DNA of 64,000 nt, taken from NCBI GenBank assembly GCA_024137785.1, contig JAHRHZ010000289.1, positions 4,410,324-4,474,323 of the forward strand, read 5' to 3'. This DNA comes from Ginglymostoma cirratum. Taxonomy: Eukaryota. The position numbers were made by a program, and so were the translations under genes. Of this stretch, positions 53,206-64,000 are shown piece by piece. The notes beneath the pieces were generated by a model. That model searched no databases. It was not told the origin of the DNA and saw only the letters and a program-made list of their open reading frames with translations. The stretch's first letter is position 1; each line of letters begins with the position of its first letter.

Positions 53206-53630
53206 CAATCATTGTATTAATTTGATAAATTTGTGCTGAATTACCAACAATCAAAAGCAGTGAATTACTATGGATAATTGTTTCAAATAGGGTTTTTAAT
53301 ATAAATGTTAAGTTTGTTCTAGATATTTGTTTGATGTATTGGCAGTGGTCACTCTTAGTAGCAAATACTACCTTTGCTTACATGCAATTTTTCACTTGTA
53401 CAGTCTGGTAGTTAGACAGTCTGGGTAACTATAGGGCCTACTTATTATCATGAATGTTACCATTTCCATTGCAAGTGGCACAGCATGCAGGTCTCCAATT
53501 AAAGACAGATTGATTAACACTTTAATGAGGCTAGACCAGATTCTTATCTTACTTAAGATGCTTTAGTTTAAAGGTAACAAGTAAGCCTACAGATAGAGTT
53601 GTATTAGGTCTCACTTACTGCAACATACTA

Positions 53631-53730
53631 TCTGAATTGAAGGGTAATACCTAAAACATTGACTGCTCCTCTCCTCCAGATGCTGCCTGGCCTGCTGTGT
53701 TCTTCCAGCCTTCTGTTTTTCTACCTTGGA
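53631..53730 (+). mobile_element. single-arm Penelope-derived fragment
   Basis: gaagggtaatacctaaaacattgact...cagatgctgcctggcctgctgtgttcttccagcc is the reverse complement of the 29154-29240 type. Confidence 0.7.
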
Positions 53731-54297
53731 AAAGATCTACCCTCATAAATAGGCTAAGTAGTCTTGCTTTTAGTCAGTGTCAGTACTGATTGAGACTCAG
53801 GCATTTATTGCACTTGGTCAGCTCAACTGTTTGAGCATCACTTGACTCTGTCTCTCAAGCTGGTCCTGAACATATGGCTCTGCTCTTTTGTTCCTTCTGT
53901 TCACTAATTGAAATGAGATTCCATCAGCTGTTATGTTGGTGATTTGAACCTGTGACCCTCAGAACTGTAATCCAGGTCTCTAGTTCAGTGACATTATGAC
54001 AGTACCACTGCTTCCCCACTCCCTATTCCTCATGTTCATAGAAAACACAGGGAGAAATTCCACATCTTTAATTATCTAGAGTCTGTTAGTGACCAAGGCT
54101 GTTCAGTTTATTTGTCACAACCCCCTTAAAAGGGGATTCTTATGAGGCACCCAAGCTGTGAATGCAAGAATAACACTTGTGAACAGCATATCAGAATTCT
54201 GAAGGAAATTACATATTATCAGAAATTGTTATGGATAGTAGCTTCAACAGCTATTTCATTAACATTAAAAATTTCTTCATTGTCTCAATAGGTCTAC

Positions 54298-54520
54298 TAT
54301 TGGTTAGCTCAGTTGGCAGGATAGCTTGTTTGCAATGCAGAATGATGCCAACATTATGGGTCTAATTTCCACACAGGCTGAGGTTACCATCAGGGATTCT
54401 CCTTCTCCACCTCTCTTCTCACCTGAGGTGTGGTGACCCTCCTATTAAACACTTTCAGTCATTTCTCTCACTAATGAGAAAGCAGTCTTTTGTGAGAATG
54501 GTGATTTTACCTTTGCCTTT
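54298..54520 (+). mobile_element. tRNA-headed SINE remnant (further family)
   Basis: ggttagctcagttgg A-box-like start and a degenerate B-box; single copy in the window. Confidence 0.5.
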
Positions 54521-55789
54521 AGACTCATTATCACCTTTTGTTAAAAACAAGAGTTGACTGTATCTTTCACTCTAGATCTTGATTTAATAACAGAAATATT
54601 TTATAACTTAAAGCAAAAGTCCCTCCAGGGCAAGAGAGCCGGAATAACTAATTCTGACAGAATTATTGGAAACATTCTACTTAATAATTTTCAAAAAAAG
54701 GTTTGATTTTGTAAAAAGGAACTAAACTCACAAACATGAAGGTTAAAGCTGACTGATAAGCTGTTCTTTGATATAAACGCTCTAATCAAACTCAGTAAAA
54801 GTTTTGTAAAATTACTTTGTGTTGTTCAACAATTCGCAAATTTGTTGGCAAATGATATTGTTCTTTAAAGTAATTTACACTCTTCTGCAAGCAAAGGCAT
54901 GTTTCTGCTTGTGAATACAAGGTATTGTTCAGCTGTCCAGGCAGAAACAGCAAGCAAAGAATCTCAGCAAGGAATTATTACGTGATTTTGTGGTCAAAAG
55001 AGTTAATGCCAGAGGAGCAAGACAAAACAAAAGGGTACAACAGCATTGCACAGGCAGGAGAATATAAAACATAACTTTATTCCACTATTAAAAAAGTGTT
55101 AATAAATAAGCCATCCATTATATAATAGTGTCGACATAAACAATACACTCACTGTTACAATTTGACGTAAATCAAAAGCCTGACATTAACAATCTATAGT
55201 TGTAATTTTGCAATTTCCAGAAACAGCAAATGCTCCAGCTTACTACTTCCATAAAATGATGGAAACTATTATTTACAGCTTATTTCAATCTAAACCATCC
55301 CTAATATTTAACTTCAAACAGAAACAAAGTGTGTGATGTTCATGTAACAACTGTACTAGTTACTGTGAAGTGACTTCTGGACATTTTTATTATGCTTGTT
55401 TGAATTTTTTTAATTTCAATGTGACACAGTAAATTTGGCAAATTATATTTAAAAATGCAAAAATATATCAGTTTGTAATATGGACTTGTTATTTCCTCAC
55501 ACCGATTTTAAAACTTGGATGTTTCACAAATCTTTTTGTTTTTCAAGCTTGAATATAATGCTTCTGAGAGAATTCATAGAAGATTGTTTGCCATTTTAAT
55601 CAGTGGCTGAGCCATTCTCACCATGTTGTTTGATTCAGTACTCAAGTGTTGGCTGATTTCAGTTATAGAAGCTACAAGAAGGTTACGAATTAGCTCATCA
55701 CTCTTAACCATGATGTATTTGATCCAAAAATAAGCTTTCAACTACACATCTGCATCAGCACTAAGACAACCAAGTTACACCTCTGTACA

Positions 55790-56170
55790 TCATCCATCAC
55801 CTCAGCTTGTCTGTAGCCAAAAGCCACACTAAGCTTCTGTAACATCTAGACTTCACACTCCATAAATTTAGACTTGTCTAAAACTCTGCTGCGTAACTTG
55901 CGCAAAATCCCAGTCAACTCAGTACTCACCGACAGATATTGGTTCTCAATTAAGAAATACTAACATTTTAAAATACCCATTTTTTTTTCTAAAGTATTCA
56001 TGGCCTTGCCCCTCTCCATCTTTGAACTTTCCACTACTCCACAATGTTCCCTTAATTCTCACCTCTTCATCATCACCATTTTGAATTATCTAATGACAGC
56101 CATGCCTTCCACTGACAAACATCTAAAGTCTGAAATTCCAACTTAAACCTCAGTGCTTCTCTGACTTTCT
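55790..56170 (+). mobile_element. L2-like LINE 3' remnant
   Basis: Degenerate reverse-complement similarity to 49660-50200 (aaaactctgctg..., ttttaaaat..., catggccttgcccctc). Confidence 0.55.
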
Positions 56171-56689
56171 TCCCTCCTTTATGATGTTCTCTCCATGGAT
56201 ACTGTCTGACACACTGCGATCTCCAGCACTGGTTGTTTTCAGTACAGATTCCAGTATCGGCAGTAATTTGTTCCTACTTCTTTAACCTAGTTTGTAGTTC
56301 ATTTGCTCTAACACCTTATGTAGCTTGCTGTCAAATTTTTTTTGTTTGCTATTTGAATGATGTACTGCAGAATAGTCAGTGCCTGTAGAATTATATGAAG
56401 AGGTAACACCTTCAAAAGAGGAGTGTGAGGCAGAGTAAAACACATCAGCAAAATTCACAGAAAACAGTGAGACAAATAGTCTGCCCGCAGGATATGTTCC
56501 CTAACCCATGTAACTTTGAAAGGCTTACGGCTGCCCAAAACCAGTTCCCTCATGGCTTTAGCTCTATCAGTCACTTGCATTCTAGGTGCAGAGAATTTAC
56601 AGCAAAGGAACTATTTACCATTTAACAAGCTATTTGCCCTGGCCCCAAATGATCTATTTAGTTTTTATGCCATTTTGTTGTTATGCTAA

Positions 56690-57320
56690 CCTATTCCCAG
56701 TCTGCTTCATCTAGTGCTACTTGCATGCCCTTCTCTTCCTTTCTGTCTCATGTATTTTGCCTCCCCTAAAGATATTCACCCGAAGAGATCTATGCGGTAG
56801 CAATTTTCTACATTGTAACCATTCTACAGGTAAAGACGTTTCTGTTGTTCCCTATTGGATTTATTTGTAACTATCTTATATTTGAGATCTCTAGTTTTGG
56901 ATTCCCTTCAACTTAGAATCACGGAATTGTTATGGTGTAGAAGGAGGTCATCCAGCCCACAATGCCTGCACTGATTCTATTACCTAATGCAAATCTCCTG
57001 CCTTTTCTCCATATCCCTAAACACAATTTCTATCCAAAAAATCATCCAATGCTCGCTTGAACGCTTCAATTCAACCTGCTTCCACTCCATTTCCAGGTAA
57101 TACATCCTATACCCTAACTACTCATAATGTGAAAATGTTTTTTTCTCATGTCACCCTTTCTTTGTTTGCACAATGTTTTAAATCAATGTCTTCCCACCTT
57201 TATCTGTCTTTTATGAACAGGAATGACTTCTTCCTATCTACTCCACCCAGCATATTCATCATTTTGAAAACTCATGTCATAAATTTAAAGATCTCTACTC
57301 AGTCTTCCTTTCTCCATGTA
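56690..57320 (-). mobile_element. old CR1 3' fragments
   Basis: Degenerate similarity to 23490-23972 and 9690-10100. Confidence 0.55.
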
Positions 57321-60300
57321 ACAATGCATGTTAAGTGCACCTGTATTGATACAATCAACCAATGGTGTTCTTTTCTGTTCTCTGTTTTAAAAATATTCTC
57401 TAAGATTTGAGCTTGATGTTCTAATCAGCTTTAAATAACGCACTTAAGCTACTGTATTTACCTTGATTTGCTTGCAATTAAATTCATTCATGTAATTAAT
57501 GAGAATATATTCAGAGTCACACTTGACAATCAAAATCTACCTGAAATATGCCAGCAAAATTAGACATACACACAATAATAACTGCTGAAAATGATACAGG
57601 GGATATAAAATGTAGCTTGCTAGATTTGTAATACTGTTGTTAGAGTATTGTACCCAACTTCAGCCTTACTTTAGAAAGGATGCCAAAACCATGGGAAGGG
57701 TACAAAAGAGAATCACTAAATTGGGCTGAGTGGCTTCAAATAAAAGTAACTGGAAACATTGGGATCCTTGCCTTTAGAAGTAAAGAAGTTCCTTAGGCAT
57801 CTTACAGGTATGTTCAACATGATGATGTATAAATAAGATTATTTGAAGAAAACTATTATCATTGGTTCACAGGCAATATCTACAGGACAAAAACTAAAAA
57901 CCAAATGAACAAGGAAGTAATATTGACCTTCTTACCAGTCATTTATACAACTGGAATAAGGCAGAAGAAATAAAATCAATTGAATAGGTCCTGTGTTATT
58001 CCCACATGTGGCCTACTGATGCTATTTTCTAGTTCAAACAGACAGGAGCCTTGTTAGCCTCTGCAAATTGAGGTTCTATAGTAGCTGGCAACAGGATCCG
58101 ATACTGGAAACAACAACAACCTATAAAGAAAATCTGATAACCAATTCATATGCAACATTTGAGGCAGAACCTGCTTCTCACAGATAAGACTCTTCAGCCA
58201 CCAGCTAAACTACAATGTATAAAACTGGCCCATTCTCAAGGATTTTGACTTGTTGTCCAACACTGTATGCAAATGGATCATGCTGATGTAGGTTGGACAC
58301 CGACACATTTTAGATGTAGGTCTTGTCCAACGCCAATTGAAAAGCAGTCACAACATTATCCTTTAAAGGGATCACTGCAGTGAAAGATAAAGCGATTGTT
58401 TAGAGGGAGCTTCTGTTAGCTTGATAAGCATAAATTCCTGCACACTACTCTACCAAATTGGACTGGCTCTTCTCTTTGAATATTTAAATAGCTTTTGGAA
58501 GTTTGATTCAGCTCTGTGGTTGGGCCACTGGATTTCTGCACCAACAGTAGATTATTTCACTTCAAATAATACCAACTATGACAAGTTTCTAGGCCTCTAA
58601 CCCACCACCAAAGGTTTGTGCACCTCAAAATCCTCCCAACCGCACTGTCCCTCCACCTTCTGTTCAATCATTATCAAAATTTGAAGAGTCTTGGAAGAAT
58701 GGACTTTTTAAAAAAAATATAATACACTGTGTGCATGGAATATCTTAACAGACATGCGGCAAAAAGAAAATCTAAAATAGCATTTTTTAGAAAAGGACAA
58801 ATATTTGACAGAAAAATATAACAGGGTGGTGGGGGGAATAATTAATCAATTGATGTGTCCATGAAAATCTACTAAGAATTAGATTTGGGAGTTCGAGACT
58901 AGTCAAAATAACTCTAATTTCTAATTAAAAAGAATGATTCTCTTCCCGTAGAAAGCTCTAGAGGCCGGGTGATTGACTTTATATAAGGCAGAATTAGATT
59001 TTTGATGGATAAATGACTCAAAGGTTTTGTTTGTCAGATAAGAAAGTGGAGCTGAAACCACAAGCAGTCATTAACTTATCGAATGGTGAAGCAGGTTTGA
59101 AGGGCTGAATGGCCTACACCTGCCCTTAAAATGTGAAAAGAAGTCAAATCTTGTGTACCAACTCTTAAAAATCACAATTTCCGAAAACTTATTTAATGTA
59201 AAATATTTCATATGGATTTTATAACACTACAGTTACAGTATTATATTCACTTGCAGTACATTACTTTAGGGAGGATGTCAAAGCCATGGAAAGCATGCAG
59301 AAGGGTTTCACAATGATAGCTGAGAGTGAATAGAAAAACTAGAGCTATTTCTGAAGTGGCTAGATCTTTCTCAGTGCTGGCATAGGCATAATAGATTGAA
59401 TGGCCTCCATCTGTACTGAAATATTCTGCGATGGTAGTTTAGATAATTCAGGCATGTACAACGAGGTTCACAAATGCATACTATTGTGATGTTCACTTAA
59501 ATTACAGAAGTTATACTATGAATATACAGAAGAAAAGGAAGTAGAAGTGATCACTTCTTAACATAGATTATGTTGAAAATTTAACCTCCCCCACATGCTT
59601 TGGTTCCCTCTATTTTATATACAATTGTTTAAACCTCTTTTTTGTGATTCAAATCATTTTCTTGGTCTGCACAAAGACAAACACTGGTATTACAAACTGA
59701 ACGCACTTATTTTTCCGGATGTGCCATAATTTTAGATAGAACACACGTTGACTCCATCATCCCCTTAAATAGAAACAATATTAAATATCCTCCACTGCAT
59801 TCCCTCATCCTTTCAGAAGCAAATCCCAAAAGCCTTAATAAAAACACACAGGACATGTTCGCTGTTTGTTTATTTAACAACAAAATGCGGTGCTAATTTT
59901 TCCAAATATTATGAAAACATGTTGTGGTTTGTGTGCAACATCAAGACTGCACTGCACTCAATGAAATGTTGGGCAATATTGCTTCCTGGAGAGATAGCCA
60001 GCACTATAGTTTTGCATTAATTAGTTCGGCTGTAAACCGTACTTGCTGACAAAGAGACCCACTCCATTGACTGCTGTTCTAACCAGAGTGGTCCCTTTTC
60101 AGGAGCAACTGTCACGTTGTCTCACCACCTGTTCGGAACTTTTGGAAGCACAAGGCAATGAAGTGCCCTCCAATTGAAACACACACCTCCCCTCGACAGC
60201 TGAAGACTGGAACCCCCACTCCAGCCTCCCCGATGCAGCAGTTAGTTGTAACTAAAGATAGCAGGATTTTTAAACAGTCACACGGACCTCAGTCCACATC

Positions 60301-60799
60301 CAGCGCAAAAGCTTTTTTTTCTCTCTCTCTCGAAGGCACTTGACAGCTATGGGGAATTGGTTTCCTGGTATCCTATTTCTTACAGCGGCCTCCGCTTTTT
60401 ACACAAAAAATACCTACCCTAATAAGCTCCCATACCTCTATATTTATAACTGCTAGTCACGAAAGGCCTTGCAGATCTATTTATAATGTCTTGAAGTGAC
60501 TTGAGATCAGAGGTGATTGCCATAAAAAGAACTGAGTTGTTAATCTAACCTTAATTGATGTATTCCAGTTGACGAGGATAAATATTTTTTAAAAATATAT
60601 CATTTGGCTCATATTCTGGGGCGGACTGGGGCCACACGTACTCGTTCACAGCAACTAATATTTTTTCCCCTGATCTAGTACCCCTGAACAGGCTTCTCTC
60701 TTTGCATATTGATGACAATTGACTGGTCTTTTTTAAAATTTAACCTATTTTTCCTTCATGAACCTGTTCAGAGATGTTAATGACACACCTCGGGAGCAA

Positions 60800-62070
60800 G
60801 GTGGGATTGAATCGGGTCTCTCGGTCCGGGGCGGGGGAGGAACATTACCACTGCACTGAAAACGGCTAGAAAGGGGACGGTTTGTCCCGAGCCTCCGCAG
60901 ACACTCGGGCATGTGATGGTTGGAGCAACGGAGGTGAAGAGCTCGCAGTGTGTGAGACTTGGGGGCGCTGTCAGCAGCGGCTGCAGAGGCGGAGGGTTCG
61001 GCGCACAGATGCCGGGGTTGAGGGGGGAGGGGTGGGGCGGCGGCACTCAAATCATCCCGGAAAACCGCTTTGGCAAAAATCACCGCACCCACCAGCCTAG
61101 AGAGGGAAAAAAAACAACAATAAAAGGATCAGCGGAGGGCCTCAGTTTGTATAACATGTGCCTCCCTCAAGCACACACAACGAAAGATTTGCTTGTAAAT
61201 TAGAATAATAGAAGATGGATCACACAACCAAAATCAAAGGTCGGACGCTCTATCCACGAGGAAAACCTATTCAGAGCGAGAGCACTTTAGCCTTTCAAGG
61301 CTGTGGGAAGCTGTAAAATAAAGGTTCGTGGCTCCCGAAGCAGGAGATCGCGACGGAGATAGGAAGGTGCCTACCTGCATGTGTTTTCTGAGCACTGTTT
61401 CCCATCCCTTCCTTTCATTTAAAGCAAGGCAGAGCTGCTGGCGGTTTGTTTCATGTGGATCTCAGCAGTGCTGTAATTTCTGCCCTGGCTTCAGAACGTC
61501 CATCTACTCGTGGGAGCAGGTTGCTTCAATGAAACACACCGACAAGGAGATCTTGAGGTTCCAAAGTGATCTCAGTCTTGCCTTCGACACAAAGGATCCT
61601 GCTCCGCAGGATCGGTTGATTCGAGCCCTCTCCTTATCTGGGGAATCACACAGGGAGTGTAATTGGCCAGCTACCACACACACACACAGAATCGGCACTG
61701 GGAACGACCCCACTGGTCCCCCGGACTTAGGAAAAGTCAACTACTTCCGACTGCGATCTCTAATGATCCTGGAACGGTGCTGCCTATCTCCCGTCACTGC
61801 ATCCCACCACTCAGTCCCCCGGGCGAACCGAGAGCCCCACTCATTGAACCGCACAGCCTTCGACAGTCCTGCCACTGGATCACGCCGCTGGTTATCTGCG
61901 CCGACAGCACCAACATTTCTGTTATTTTTTTTCTCTCCGACAGCCTGATTCCCCCCGCCCCGCAACCCCCACCTCCCCACACACACACACAGTCCTCCAG
62001 CAATCAGAAAACTGATTCTTTATGTGTGACAGGCACAGTGTGAAAACGACATCACGCCTTAGGAATGCTT
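60800..62070. promoter_or_regulatory. CpG-rich promoter, 5' UTR and start of intron 1 of neurl1b
   Basis: Marked local rise in GC and CpG content against a CpG-depleted background. It contains GC-box-like motifs (gggcgggg near 60830, ccccgccc near 61952) and surrounds coding exon 1. Confidence 0.75.
61375..61405 (-). CDS. neurl1b: neurl1b coding exon 1 (MGNSAQKTHA + first base of Asp)
   Basis: Minus strand reads ATG GGA AAC AGT GCT CAG AAA ACA CAT GCA G|GTAGG. The ATG has a strong Kozak context (GGGATGG), lies in the CpG-rich region, and its phase-1 donor joins exon 2 in frame. The peptide resembles the MGN- N-terminus of vertebrate NEURL1B. It is absent from the ORF track because it is only 31 nt. 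Confidence 0.88.
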
Positions 62071-64000
62071 TATAGAAGCTAATGTACAGAATAACCCTGG
62101 TAGAATCAGGTTGGATTTTAGAACCCCTGTGTTGGTATATCATTTCATATGGAAGTTTGTAAAAATGTACCAATCAAATGAATTGAATTTCTGCAGGGTT
62201 TCTCCCTTTCACCGCGAAAGCAGAATTTGCTCACATCTCCATCCTTTTTTTCTGATGTAAATGTCGTAAGATGGGAAATTCCAGCTTCCTTGAAAGACAA
62301 CCAAACCAACTACCTTATGATAACTGATTTTATATCCAAATTCTACTTTATGATAAAAGTGAGTTGAGGTTCTAACGGAATAAGACCACTCCTAAGCCAC
62401 ATAACTTGGCCAATCATATATTGAGCATCAGAAGCACAAGAAGGTCCAATGCCTCTGATACAGTGCCAAAGCCCTGTTTTGTTCATATCTTATGATTCAT
62501 GCTAAACATAACAAGCATTGCACGATCTAGATAATAAAACAACAATATCAAACTAGGAGTTGATGCCACATATTTTAGATGGCTTTTAGTACAAATTCAT
62601 GAGTTTTAAAATCACACAACAATAAAAGGTATCTTCCACAGAAGGCATTAACAATCTTCACAATTGTCCTCAACTTCATCAAACTCCTCGTGTTTCCTAC
62701 AGTAGGTAAATCCATGTAAAATCGATAGCCCTGCATATGACCCACAGATAAGCTACATCAGTCTATCATATACCTCTAATAAATGTCACTATGCAAATAT
62801 TCTCTTTCAAAGTCAAAATCGAAAAGTGGAAAGCAAAGAAAATCGAAGTAAACCCCAGCACATTATAAAGACAACTTGGGAATTCTTCCTGGCTAAAAAT
62901 GTATTTAGCTTACAAAATGTGTCACCATAGCTTATTCAGATTGGTTGAGGGAAAATAAGTATGAACATTGCACTTGGGTGGCCTTGGTGTTAATTGATTT
63001 TTTTTAATCCAGCAGGGTTAGTACTTTTCCTTAGAGACATAGAATCCATGGTAGATTCATTCCAGGGTCGGTTTTAACTCTGAGTACTAGTGAAAAACTA
63101 GGAGATATCCAGTTGGCTAAAAATTGAGATGTGTATAACAAACTGCTGACTTGCTGTCTCCTATTTTGCATTATTACCCAAAGTTAAGGCTACCCCCCTC
63201 CAACAAGACTTTAGAACTTAATTAAAGTTAACTCAATGATGCAGTCACTTGAAGTTTTGCTTTCTAAGATATGATGTGCTTTGGATTAGATGTTAATCTA
63301 AAACCTCATTCCCATACTTAGATGGTTGATAAAATTTGACGATGAACCAAAAGCATCCTGCAGTCAATATCATGAGAAAATTATTTTGCTGCTCTTTCAC
63401 CTTCTTGCTATTGATATGATTTGGTTGTGTTCAAAATGGCTGCTGAATTTGCCTACAGTTTGGTTTGATGTATGTGAAAAATTCAGAGATATAAGGGGTT
63501 GTTCACATGTAACTCTTTACAAATAGATAACAAAAAAACTTAATTTTTATCCAGCAGCCTAAAAAATCATATATCTGGACCAAGTGATTTTGCGTTTTCA
63601 ATGCCTGCATTTTAACACTATAACAAGCAGTAGCGATATCATAATGGTTATTCAAACATCAGGGTTTGCTGGATCACCAATATTAACTATAAATCATTCA
63701 AATACTGACATAAAATACATCTTGATGAAAAATTACATTTTTAAAGCTTCACTCTGCTACCTTACTCACCTATTTCATCATTCTCTCCTCTTCTATTCTT
63801 GATCTCCTAAACTCTGTTTTCATTTTTACCTTATTTATCCAAATTTATCAATTGACATTTGTCTAAATTTAAAGCCTCTTCCTAACTATACATTTTGAAA
63901 GTGGACACAAGTGGATGCTTGATTGTCATAATCTGAAAGCTAGTTTTAGGATTTGAATTTTCAGCCAATCAAAAATTGCAAGAGGAGAATAATCAAATTG

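Noticed and set aside
8567-61405. Assignment as neurl1 (NEURL1A) instead of neurl1b
   Set aside because: The short 31-nt first coding exon, the ESxFADT and DSDSDMxFSVN motifs and the VIKIYRP C-terminus match NEURL1B as I recall it; a phylogeny or synteny check would confirm.
61328-61948. 206-aa plus-strand ORF antisense to exon 1, and the other ORFs at 60.7-62.2 kb
   Set aside because: No recognisable domain, mostly non-ATG starts, and long ORFs are expected by chance in a GC-rich promoter region.
1-64000. CRISPR arrays, operons or other prokaryotic systems
   Set aside because: The sequence is an intron-rich vertebrate locus; no regularly spaced repeat-spacer array or dense coding region is present.

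Overview
Vertebrate genomic DNA, most likely from an elasmobranch (shark), judging by its repeat families (HE1-like V-SINEs, Deu-domain SINEs, CR1 and L2 LINEs, Penelope-like elements). It contains one complete protein-coding gene on the minus strand: neurl1b, the E3 ubiquitin ligase Neuralized-1B. I reconstructed five coding exons with GT-AG boundaries (61375-61405, 40680-41240, 21924-22631, 16181-16306, 8567-8811), giving 1671 nt and 556 aa with the layout MG N-terminus, NHR1, NHR2, Ser/Pro linker, C3HC4 RING. A CpG-rich promoter region lies at about 60.8-62.1 kb and an AT-rich 3' UTR lies below 8567. Most other ORFs in the track are spurious or retroelement debris. The most interesting non-genic signal is about ten short Penelope-derived insertions, several of them fold-back hairpins with 12-16 bp target-site duplications. 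Most carry a minimal hammerhead-ribozyme-like core (CUGANGA-A-stem II-GAAAC-GUH). Three cores are intact, and two of those are sense to the neurl1b pre-mRNA. Both 400-N gaps fall inside such inverted elements. Repeat family names come from recalled sequence similarity, not from database searches.
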